Shown piece after piece: positions 1 to 8,159 of a stretch of 64,000 nt of DNA. The stretch is from positions 96,001 to 160,000 of the forward strand of contig CAXXFV010000014.1 in assembly GCA_963674595.2 (NCBI GenBank), in the 5' to 3' direction. A program made the position numbers and the translations under genes. Every line of letters starts with the position of its first letter. Position 1 is the first letter of the stretch. A model generated the notes under the pieces. That model was not told the origin of the DNA and did no database searches. It worked only from the letters and a program-made list of their open reading frames with translations. The DNA is from a bacterium. Its GTDB lineage: Bacteria > Zhuqueibacterota > Zhuqueibacteria > Residuimicrobiales > Krinioviventaceae.

Positions 1-2
1 TA

Positions 3-659
3 TCCCCAGCCGGCTCTGCTATTATTCGGATAGTTAGGATATTGAGTTTCAATGTCCGGTCTTGCCCCTTCTAGAAGAGAAGCGTCGCCAATATAAACAT
101 TCTCCCCATTTTCTTGATTATAAATTTTTACAGACTCGACACCAATATCATCCAAAACCCAACCTGTTACCGGAATACTACTACGTACTGTTGAGCCGGA
201 TTCAGGCGTATCAAAGGAACCAAATGGCGGAGACGTATCATCGCCTTCCCGGTAAAGATTTATATTAACTTCAGTCTCATCACCGATAACCGTTGTATCC
301 TTTGGTGAAGAAATTGTGATTACACCAAATTCAGTCTCAGCATATACTATACCGTCATAAAAATCATCTGTTTTGGGAATAATTTCAAAATATCCTTCTC
401 CTTTACCAGCATTCGGAATCATCTCCAGCCAATCTTTGTTTGACCGAATCTTCCATTCAATATTCGGATCTTTTTGAGTATCAACATAAACCCGGGTTCT
501 ATTTTTCATTTTTTCAATTTCTCTGTCAAAATACGCCATATTCACACGTTCTTTGGACAAAGTTATCTTTTTCTGCGAATCTTCTTGTGCGTTTACCTGC
601 AATTGAAAAAACATAATTATGGCCAAAATTAGCAGGTAAAGGGTCCCGGTCCGTTTCAT
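3..659 (-). CDS. Secreted protein, truncated by the window edge (BACON-like domain plus a PPFGSFDTP...GWVLDDIGV domain); missing from the ORF track
   Basis: ATG at 659 opens MKRTGTLYLLILAIIMFFQLQVNAQ (signal peptide-like). The frame stays open to the window start and reads ...WKIRSNKDWLEMIPNAGKGEG...PPFGSFDTP...VTGWVLDDIGVESVKIY...EGARPDIE...RAGWG. Confidence 0.8.
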   Translation of the reverse strand, partial: MKRTGTLYLLILAIIMFFQLQVNAQEDSQKKITLSKERVNMAYFDREIEKMKNRTRVYVDTQKDPNIEWKIRSNKDWLEMIPNAGKGEGYFEIIPKTDDFYDGIVYAETEFGVITISSPKDTTVIGDETEVNINLYREGDDTSPPFGSFDTPESGSTVRSSIPVTGWVLDDIGVESVKIYNQENGENVYIGDASLLEGARPDIETQYPNYPNNSRAGWG

Positions 660-890
660 AATTTCCTTCCTGTTTTAATCGTACAATTTGTCCGGTTGAT
701 GGGACAAATTTACTTTACAAATAGAATTAATTATTGTTTATCAATATCAGAACAACAGAATTAACAAAGAGTTAGAAAAATGTTAGTTTTTGGATATATG
801 AGATGATTCAAGAACTATGCCACTATCTGTAAATAAATAGCATATATACAAAAAAAGGCAATCCTGAATAAAGATTGCCTTTTGTATAAC
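590..890. repeat. Intergenic module copy 1 (gene start + palindrome + sigma54-like box + terminator)
   Basis: Aligns by eye with about 3575-3875 and 7825-8115 (shared gtttcat, ttKtcc-N8-ggaMaa, ttaacaaa, aaatgtta, ttcaagaaytrtgcc, aaataaata, aaaaaagg). Boundaries are approximate. Confidence 0.85.
845..888 (-). terminator. Intrinsic terminator
   Basis: aaaaggcaatc-N9-gattgcctttt hairpin with a U-run on the minus strand, just after the stop at 905. Confidence 0.8.
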
Positions 891-904
891 TCAAAATATT
901 TTCC

Positions 905-3292
905 TTATTTTACCAGCAACACTTTTTGAGTCTGTGTTACTTTGTCTGTCTGCATGCGGATCAGATAAGCCCCGGAAGGCACTTTGCTTCCGTTTTCATT
1001 CGTTGCATCCCAAGACACCTGATAACTGCCTGCTGGTTGATTGCTGCTGTAAAGTGTCTTGATAAAAGAACCAAGGGTATTGTAAACGGATATTTCTACA
1101 CGTTCCTCTTTGGCTAATTGATAGGCAACTGTCGTTGTGGGATTAAAGGGATTCGGATAAGCCGCAAACAACTGCGTGGTCACAGGCAATGCATCAATAT
1201 TAACGGACGTAGAAGCAATAACATTCCGTTCACCTTCAATATTAACCTCGGAAAGGCGGTACGTATAATCTGCTTCTGCTGCAACTGTTTTATCTGTAAA
1301 AGTGTATTCCGTTCGGCTTGAGGTGTTTCCCTGGCCCCAAAGGGCTGTGTGTGTTTTGTAAGATGAAATTGTCATCCATGTTTGATTATCCAATGAACGT
1401 TCTAGAATAAATCCCAAATTATCAGTTTCACTTTCGGTGACCCATTCCAAAACAATAGTCTTTCCTTCTGATTGAGCAGAAAAAGAAGAGAGTTCTACAG
1501 GAAGAGATCCGTCATTAGTGGTAACGTTGGCAGGATTTTCCGTTCCCGAAGCGATGAGATAAAGCTCCTGACCAGTGTTTCCGTTGTATTCGCAGACATG
1601 CACACGGTAAGTGGTTGACGCACTCAATCCGCTGACGGATACGCTGGTTCCGGTTCCATTGTAAACACAGTACCATCCACTGGAGGCGATTTGGTCGCCG
1701 GAACCAAATATAGTATTGGCGGAATAAGTGGTTGCATCTACCGGGCCTGCTGTGCCGGAGGAAGCAACCGCTATGAAAACAGCACAATATTCACCGTCAC
1801 CACGTGTCCAATCCACGGTTGTTGATGTGTTTGAAGTATTGGAAAAGGTAGTAGATACAGCCTGAGTGACCGGAGCAATATCTTCGGAAAGTGTCCACAA
1901 GGAGAATCCATCGATTCCCGATAATGTCACGGTGTTGGCGCCCGTATCCACTTTACCATGCTGGTTGGTCCAGTTCGTTCCGCTATCAATGGATTTGAAC
2001 AATCTAAGGATGGACTCGTCAAGGCTGTTCAGTTCGGTGCTGAAATAATTAAAGGCTAAAGTGGCATTCAATCCAGTATTCATGCCGGGCGAAATATTAT
2101 ATTGCCGTAAAATGCTTCCCGCAACAATATTGTTGGCTTGCGCATGGTGTCGGGTGATACTTGTTTCTCCCATATTAGCAGACGTAGTGATTACCGCCCC
2201 CAGGCCACCGACATCTTGCGAAGAGATATTACTTAAAGAACGGGTCGTTGTAATAGAGCCGCTGGTTCCGTAAAAGACACCGTTATATTCTCTTAATGTG
2301 CCGTTGCTGCCAATCGTTACAGTCTGGCCGTTCAAGTCCATGTCGCTATTAAGGATGAGGTTGCCGCTGACCATGATGCCCGATTCAAGTGTTGGAGATG
2401 AAGACGACGAAATCACCAGGTTTTTTACGTTTGGATCTCCGGAAATGCTCACTTCCGAATTTCCGTCCCATTTAAAGATGCCAACATTATCCCCTGAGCC
2501 GGGAATACCATCACTCCAGTTTGCCTCAGTACTCCAGTCACTGCTGGACGTGCCAAGCCACGTAATAAAAGCCTCAGAATCGGTCCAATTCCCATCATCC
2601 ATATTGTTTAAAGTACCGTTGTGTCCATTTCCTGAAGCATCCGTAAGAGTCGTGCCGCTGCTTTGATCAAATTTATAATAAGCAAGCAAGCCGCTTTCAC
2701 TGCCTGAAAGGGCTCTATACATATTATCTCTTATCTGTTGGGCACTACGGGCTGTATTCCAAATTCGCACCTCATCCATCCCTCCGTGAAAATATGTATT
2801 ATTATAACGACCCTGCCACCCAAGATAAAGGTCATTATCACTTGAAACTATACTGCTGAAAGAGTAAATGGAACCATCCAGAACACCGTTAAAATAAAAA
2901 CGCAGAGTTGAGCCATTCCAAACCATGGCGACATGGGTCCATTCTCCGACCGAAATGGCACTACTGGTTGATTGTAATGAGCCAGAAAGTCGAGAATAAA
3001 CTTCACCAGTGGTTAATATATTCAACCAGCCTAAACCGGTATCTTCTGAGCTTATATAATCCTGGGAGATGACACGGTTATACGAAGCTCCAGATAGACT
3101 TGATATGTTAACCCAAACTTCAACAGTCAGGGCGCTTAAGGTGCCCGGATCGACTACAAATCCACAGTCAACATATTCAGTAGTCGCGTCTCCGCCAAAG
3201 TAGAGACAATTTCCAGGTCCATTCACTGCACTTTCGGCAAAAATATTGTTTGATATAAGCAGGATGCTTAAAAATACCCAAATCTTTTTCAT
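905..3292 (-). CDS. Secreted LamG/ConA-like + FN3-like protein with T9SS-type (FlgD-Ig) C-terminal domain
   Basis: Start at 3292 (MKKIWVF) follows AAGGAG. LamG-like motifs WTHVAMVWNG...FYFNG...GMDEVRIWN. Tail SLPVELSSF...AYPNPFNP...TQKVLLVK. Confidence 0.85.
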   Translation of the reverse strand: MKKIWVFLSILLISNNIFAESAVNGPGNCLYFGGDATTEYVDCGFVVDPGTLSALTVEVWVNISSLSGASYNRVISQDYISSEDTGLGWLNILTTGEVYSRLSGSLQSTSSAISVGEWTHVAMVWNGSTLRFYFNGVLDGSIYSFSSIVSSDNDLYLGWQGRYNNTYFHGGMDEVRIWNTARSAQQIRDNMYRALSGSESGLLAYYKFDQSSGTTLTDASGNGHNGTLNNMDDGNWTDSEAFITWLGTSSSDWSTEANWSDGIPGSGDNVGIFKWDGNSEVSISGDPNVKNLVISSSSSPTLESGIMVSGNLILNSDMDLNGQTVTIGSNGTLREYNGVFYGTSGSITTTRSLSNISSQDVGGLGAVITTSANMGETSITRHHAQANNIVAGSILRQYNISPGMNTGLNATLAFNYFSTELNSLDESILRLFKSIDSGTNWTNQHGKVDTGANTVTLSGIDGFSLWTLSEDIAPVTQAVSTTFSNTSNTSTTVDWTRGDGEYCAVFIAVASSGTAGPVDATTYSANTIFGSGDQIASSGWYCVYNGTGTSVSVSGLSASTTYRVHVCEYNGNTGQELYLIASGTENPANVTTNDGSLPVELSSFSAQSEGKTIVLEWVTESETDNLGFILERSLDNQTWMTISSYKTHTALWGQGNTSSRTEYTFTDKTVAAEADYTYRLSEVNIEGERNVIASTSVNIDALPVTTQLFAAYPNPFNPTTTVAYQLAKEERVEISVYNTLGSFIKTLYSSNQPAGSYQVSWDATNENGSKVPSGAYLIRMQTDKVTQTQKVLLVK

Positions 3293-3574
3293 AATATCTC
3301 CTTTCCAGTAAGAATTTCCAGTTTTCAGCATACCGCATGTTCAAAATTAGAAGATCATGAGCTCTTATTGCTTAAAAAATGTGTACTATTTACACAAAAT
3401 TAGACTTGAAAAAACTACAATAGTAAAGTTTCTTTAAAATAATATAGAAAAAAAGCACTTTATAGTTTTCGTCCATTATATTTCAATAATCCTGATGCCC
3501 ACCGACATGTAACATTTATTGAGTATTTTCCAAAAGAATAAGATGAATTATAAACGTATATTTCCATTATGAAT

Positions 3575-3875
3575 CTCTTGGATTTTTATCTGAAATTGAA
3601 AAATAAAAATCAATAATTTAAAGATAAATTATTTTGCAGTCCGTTTCATCACAAGCGTTCCAAATTATCATTCATTTTTTCCGATAGATAGGAAAATTCT
3701 TCCTAATAAATAGAACCAATTTCTATTTATCAATTTCTATAAAAACTTTATTAACAAAAATTTGTCAAAAATGTTACGTTTAGGATATTTAAAAAACTTC
3801 AAGAATTATGCCATTATCTACAAATAAATAACATAACAAAAAAAGGGAATCTGTTTAAACAGGTTCCCTTTAATA
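3575..3875. repeat. Intergenic module copy 2, including a decayed MKRT- gene start
   Basis: Minus strand reads ATGAAACGGACTGCAAAATAA...tttttcaatttcagataaaaatccaagagattca, similar to the 5' end of the gene starting at 659. Confidence 0.8.
3838..3871 (-). terminator. Intrinsic terminator
   Basis: aaagggaatctgtttaaacaggttcccttt hairpin flanked by an A-run, downstream of the stop at 3897. Confidence 0.8.
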
Positions 3876-3896
3876 AATCATTTAAATCTCTTAATT

Positions 3897-5069
3897 TTAT
3901 TTTACCAGCAACACTTTATGAGTCTGTGTTACTTTGTCTGTCTGCATGCGGATCAGATAGGCCCCGGAAGGCACCTTGCTTCCGTTTTCATCCGTACCAT
4001 TCCAGTTAACCTGATAACTACCGGCTGGTTGATTGCTGCTGTAAAGTGTCTTGATAAAAGAACCAAGGGTATTGTAAACGGATATTTCTACACGTTCCTC
4101 TTTGGCTAATTGATAGGCAACTGTCGTTGTGGGATTAAAGGGATTCGGATAAGCCGCAAACAACTGCGTGATCATGGGCAAAGCATCAATATGAACAGAT
4201 GTGGAAGCAATCACATTCCGTTCCCCTTCAATACTAACCTCGGACAGACGGTAGGTATAATCCGCCTCTACTTCAACGGTTTTATCGATAAAAGCGTATT
4301 CGGTCCGGTTTGATGTACTGCCCTGGCCTTGAAGATCAACATGCGTTTTGTATGAAGCAATGGTTTTCCAAACCACATTATCAGTAGATTTTTCGAGAAT
4401 AAATCCCAAATTATCAGTTTCGCTTTCGGTTGCCCATTTTATTTCAACGTTTTGATTTATTTGTTGAGCAGTAAAAGAAGATAATTCGACTGGAAGAGAT
4501 GATTCTGATGTCGTAATAGTCTCATAATTCCAATTATTATGTTGACCTGTTGAAGTATAAAAGTCAAGTATTATTTCGGCAACATTGGCAATAGGAGTTG
4601 CCGTACCATTATCGAAAAAACTTGTAAATGTTGTTGTCGTGCCATTACCGATCCATTTGTTTGCACTAAGCGTCATCGTTTGGATTGTCGCACCATTTTT
4701 GTCTTTAAAAGTGATAGATGATCCATCATCTGCTGTATTATTACCATACGAAGTAAAAGACATGTTTTCAAAAGTAAAATCATCTACTCCATAAGCAAGA
4801 ATGGTATGGCTGCTATTATTACCGGCAAACATAGCAGTACCATCGTTTGTCATTTGATTACTGACGACGATAATAGAGTTATTTTGTACTGTTTTATAAC
4901 CACTTCCACCAGAATCAGAATTACCTAAATTAGCAAAATTGGTTTGTGCAATAGTCGTTTGTAAAGCACCCCAAGCCAAGACCAAAAAGAAAATTTTGAC
5001 TGAATAGTTAATGCCTCCTGATAAAAATCCTTGCTTTAAATACAATAATAGTTTTTGTAACAATTTCAT
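3897..5069 (-). CDS. Secreted protein with unknown N-terminal domain and T9SS-type C-terminal domain
   Basis: ATG at 5069 follows AGAGGAGG. Tail SLPVELSSF...AYPNPFNP...THKVLLVK. Confidence 0.8.
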   Translation of the reverse strand: MKLLQKLLLYLKQGFLSGGINYSVKIFFLVLAWGALQTTIAQTNFANLGNSDSGGSGYKTVQNNSIIVVSNQMTNDGTAMFAGNNSSHTILAYGVDDFTFENMSFTSYGNNTADDGSSITFKDKNGATIQTMTLSANKWIGNGTTTTFTSFFDNGTATPIANVAEIILDFYTSTGQHNNWNYETITTSESSLPVELSSFTAQQINQNVEIKWATESETDNLGFILEKSTDNVVWKTIASYKTHVDLQGQGSTSNRTEYAFIDKTVEVEADYTYRLSEVSIEGERNVIASTSVHIDALPMITQLFAAYPNPFNPTTTVAYQLAKEERVEISVYNTLGSFIKTLYSSNQPAGSYQVNWNGTDENGSKVPSGAYLIRMQTDKVTQTHKVLLVK

Positions 5070-5258
5070 CCATGAACCTCCTCTAAATGATAAAAATAAG
5101 AACACCTTATTAACAATTATAAACAAGCTTTTTAATCATGCTTTAATTCTAATACATGATTCTATTACATAAAAAAGGCATTCCTGAGATAGAAATTAAG
5201 AATAATTCTTTCACAAAGTGGAATTGAATGGTACTGTTTAAAAATTAAACAAATTATC

Positions 5259-6228
5259 TGTAAGAAAAGCAAGCGTTGTTTACAAAATATCGGGATAAAA
5301 ATATTGAATTAGTTTTTCTTCAGGAGTTAGTCCATCAATGCCTTTATGAGGTCTTACTCCGTTGTAATAATTGACAAATCTTTTTAGCTCATTTTTACGA
5401 TGGGCTGATGATTTAAAAACAGTTTTATTATGCCAAAGCTCGATAAGAGTTCGTATAACTCTTTCAGCTTTGCCATTTGTTTGCGGCCTTTTAACTTTGG
5501 TAAATTTTTGTTCAATACCATGTTCTTTGCACAACTTCATAAACTCATGATTATTCGGATCACCTCGGTACTCTCGACCATTATCAGTATAAAATTGTTC
5601 TATTGTATATGGACATTCATCCACGACTTGCTCCAAAAACTTTTTAGCTGAATATTGGGTTTTATCAGGTAAAATAGTAGCATACAGTTCTCTGGAAAAG
5701 TCATCAATGGCCACAAACAGGTATTCCGTTCGTTCAAAAGGAGATTCCCCCTTAATTAAGGGAAGTTTTTTAGTGTCACCATGTATCATTTGTCCTGGAT
5801 AGTCTTTATTATATCGCTTGGCCTGACGTTTTAGCTTGTCCTCAAGTTTTTTTTCGATTTTAGCCAAACGTTTAATGCCGTATTTTAAACAGCGAAAACG
5901 CTTGTTTACACTCTTGTGAATTGAATAATCTTTTTGTCGGCCATTATGGATTATTTTATAAATTGTAGGTCGACTGACATGAAACTCTCGTGCTAAATCA
6001 CAAACACGTCTTTTTTCGGAAAAATACAATGTGCAAACTTTTTCCCGTTGAATCGGCGTTAATCTGGTCTTTTTATGAATTACCATAGGATCTCCTTTTA
6101 TTAAAATTTAGGAAATCCCGAAATTGCAAACAACGTTAAATTTGCTTCTCATGAATTGAATCCTATCTCTTTATAAGGAACGGATTCAATTCATGAGAAA
6201 ACTGTAAACAACTCTAATTTAATTTACA
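5259..6228 (-). mobile_element. IS481-family insertion sequence, 970 bp
   Basis: Ends are 5'-TGT...ACA-3'. Imperfect 26-bp inverted repeats lie at 5259-5284 and 6203-6228 (core GTTGTTTACA). The 7-bp direct repeat AATTATC flanks both sides (5252-5258, 6229-6235). Confidence 0.9.
5280..6086 (-). CDS. IS481-family DDE transposase (HTH + integrase core)
   Basis: HTH LAREFHVSRPTIYK. DDE core: HGDTK, IDDFSR, TDNGREY, PQTNGKAERVIRT, YNGVRPHKGI. Confidence 0.9.
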   Translation of the reverse strand: MVIHKKTRLTPIQREKVCTLYFSEKRRVCDLAREFHVSRPTIYKIIHNGRQKDYSIHKSVNKRFRCLKYGIKRLAKIEKKLEDKLKRQAKRYNKDYPGQMIHGDTKKLPLIKGESPFERTEYLFVAIDDFSRELYATILPDKTQYSAKKFLEQVVDECPYTIEQFYTDNGREYRGDPNNHEFMKLCKEHGIEQKFTKVKRPQTNGKAERVIRTLIELWHNKTVFKSSAHRKNELKRFVNYYNGVRPHKGIDGLTPEEKLIQYFYPDIL

Positions 6229-6294
6229 AATTATCTTAAAAAATCAACCTTAAACAACTACTTTAAAAAATGTTCCTTTTTCAACATTCGGATA

Positions 6295-7560
6295 TTACTT
6301 GACCAATAATACCTTTTGCGTTTGTGTTCCCTGCCCTGTCTGCATCCGAATTAAATAAGTTCCTGTAGGAATATTATTGCCTGCCTCATCCGTACCGTTC
6401 CAGTCAACCTGATAACTACCTGCCGACTGGTGACTGCAATAAAGTGTTTTTATGTGTGAACCAAGAGTGTTATAAACGGATATTTCCACATCAGTCTCTT
6501 TTGACAGTTGGTATCTGACCGTTGTTGAAGGATTAAAAGGATTCGGATAAGCGGCAAACAACTGCGTGGTTGTTGGCAATGCTTCAACCTGAACAGATGT
6601 GGAAGCAACAACATTTTTTTTACCTTCAATACTAACATCGGAAAGACGATAAGTATAATTCGCTTCACTTGCAATAGTCTTGTCTGTAAAAGAGTATTCT
6701 GTTCGGCTTGAGGTGTCGCCCTGGCCTTGAAGATCAACATGCGTTTTGTATGAAGCAATGGTCGTCCAGAACGTTTTGTCCTGCGAACGCTCCAAAACAA
6801 ACCCAAGGTTATCTTTTTCACTTTCGGTGACCCATTCCAAAACAATAGTCTTTCCTTCAGATTGAGCAGAAAAAGAAGAGAGTTCTACAGGTAGAGAAAC
6901 GTCTGTTCCCGAGACCCGTATATTATCAAACCCGAATTCTTCATTTGCCTGATCTGCACTTCCCATAATTCTTATTTGCAGACTTGAACCTGACGAAGGA
7001 ATGTTATATGTGAATTCGGCAAAAGCAGGACTTAAGGCCGGTCCCTCGGCCGTACCATCAGCATCTGCATCTTCTGACATATAATCATCATTTACATTGG
7101 CTGCTATAAATTGTGCCAAAGTAGTAAAACTGCCGCCATCATAAGCATATTGTATTCTAAGGTACTCTTCCTGTTCATAAGCAGAGCCACTATTATTATT
7201 TCCGGCAACAAGTATTTTAATCTGAAGATTGGTATAAGACGAAACATCAATTGAATTTAGTGTACAATAACAAGGTTCATCAGTAGCGCGTCCATTATCT
7301 GTATCCTCCGCATAGAAGAAATAGCTTCCCTGATACACGGTAAATGGATCTGTCGGTGTTACCTGTGCAGCCGTTGCTCTTTCCCACCAGTCATCTGAAG
7401 TAGTAGTTTGCCCGCCAGTAACCGTATAACCAGATGTTGTTTCAAAATCAACAGTTTGAAGGGTGGTTTGCCCAAATAAATTCACAGGAAATATACCCAA
7501 AAGACATGTCATGAATATTTTTAAAACTCTAGATGTACACCTAGCAATACCAATTTTCAT
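6295..7560 (-). CDS. Secreted protein (lectin/MAM-like N-terminal domain) with T9SS-type C-terminal domain
   Basis: Signal-like N-terminus and a beta-rich domain (FGFDNIRVSG). Tail SLPVELSSF...AYPNPFNP...TQKVLLVK. Confidence 0.8.
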   Translation of the reverse strand: MKIGIARCTSRVLKIFMTCLLGIFPVNLFGQTTLQTVDFETTSGYTVTGGQTTTSDDWWERATAAQVTPTDPFTVYQGSYFFYAEDTDNGRATDEPCYCTLNSIDVSSYTNLQIKILVAGNNNSGSAYEQEEYLRIQYAYDGGSFTTLAQFIAANVNDDYMSEDADADGTAEGPALSPAFAEFTYNIPSSGSSLQIRIMGSADQANEEFGFDNIRVSGTDVSLPVELSSFSAQSEGKTIVLEWVTESEKDNLGFVLERSQDKTFWTTIASYKTHVDLQGQGDTSSRTEYSFTDKTIASEANYTYRLSDVSIEGKKNVVASTSVQVEALPTTTQLFAAYPNPFNPSTTVRYQLSKETDVEISVYNTLGSHIKTLYCSHQSAGSYQVDWNGTDEAGNNIPTGTYLIRMQTGQGTQTQKVLLVK

Positions 7561-7824
7561 AGCTTTGTTCCTTTCGGTTTTAAGAGAATACTAATAAGGT
7601 TATTTTCATAAATTATTCAAAATTTCAATACCAGTGCATTCATCAACATGGCAAAGTTCTTTTAAAAATATTCTGTTCTCACACGGTTGAAACTGGTTCC
7701 TGAAAAAATATGCTTCCGTTTTAATCTGTTTCATTTCAATAATCATAATAAATATATGCAAACAGATAGATGTTATCAAGTGTTTTTATATGAAAACAAG
7801 TATGAATGATATTTTCACAAGGAT

Positions 7825-8115
7825 ATTTTGGACTTTTGAAAAATAAAAATTATTATAAAGTAAAAATTTGGTATCGGTCTGTTTCATCATAAACTTGCCA
7901 AATTTATGGTTCCTTTTGTCCGGTATATAGGACAATTTTTCCCAAAAAAATAAAACTAATTTCCATCCATCAACCCCCTAACAACCTTATTAACAAAAAT
8001 TTGCGATAAATGTTACATTTGGGATATATAAAAAACTTCAAGAATTGTGCCGTTATCTGCAAATAAATAGCACATATACAAAAAAAGGAACCTTTTAAGA
8101 GGTTCCCTTTTGGAT
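7825..8115. repeat. Intergenic module copy 3, including a decayed M(M)KQT- gene start
   Basis: Same ordered motifs as copies 1 and 2. Minus strand reads ATGATGAAACAGACCGAT...ttttatttttcaaaag. Confidence 0.8.
8080..8111 (-). terminator. Intrinsic terminator
   Basis: aaaaggaacctt-ttaa-gaggttcccttt hairpin with an A-run, after the stop at 8160. Confidence 0.75.
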
Positions 8116-8159
8116 ACAATTTCTTTTAGAATATTAGATGTTAAAAATTCACCCGGGTA

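Noticed and set aside
62-268. 68-aa + strand ORF in the ORF track
   Set aside because: It is antisense to the longer, motif-bearing minus-strand gene starting at 659.
590-8115. Integron cassette array or CRISPR array
   Set aside because: No integrase or cas genes, no attC GTTRRRY/RYYYAAC boxes recognised, and the repeats are long, degenerate and kilobases apart.
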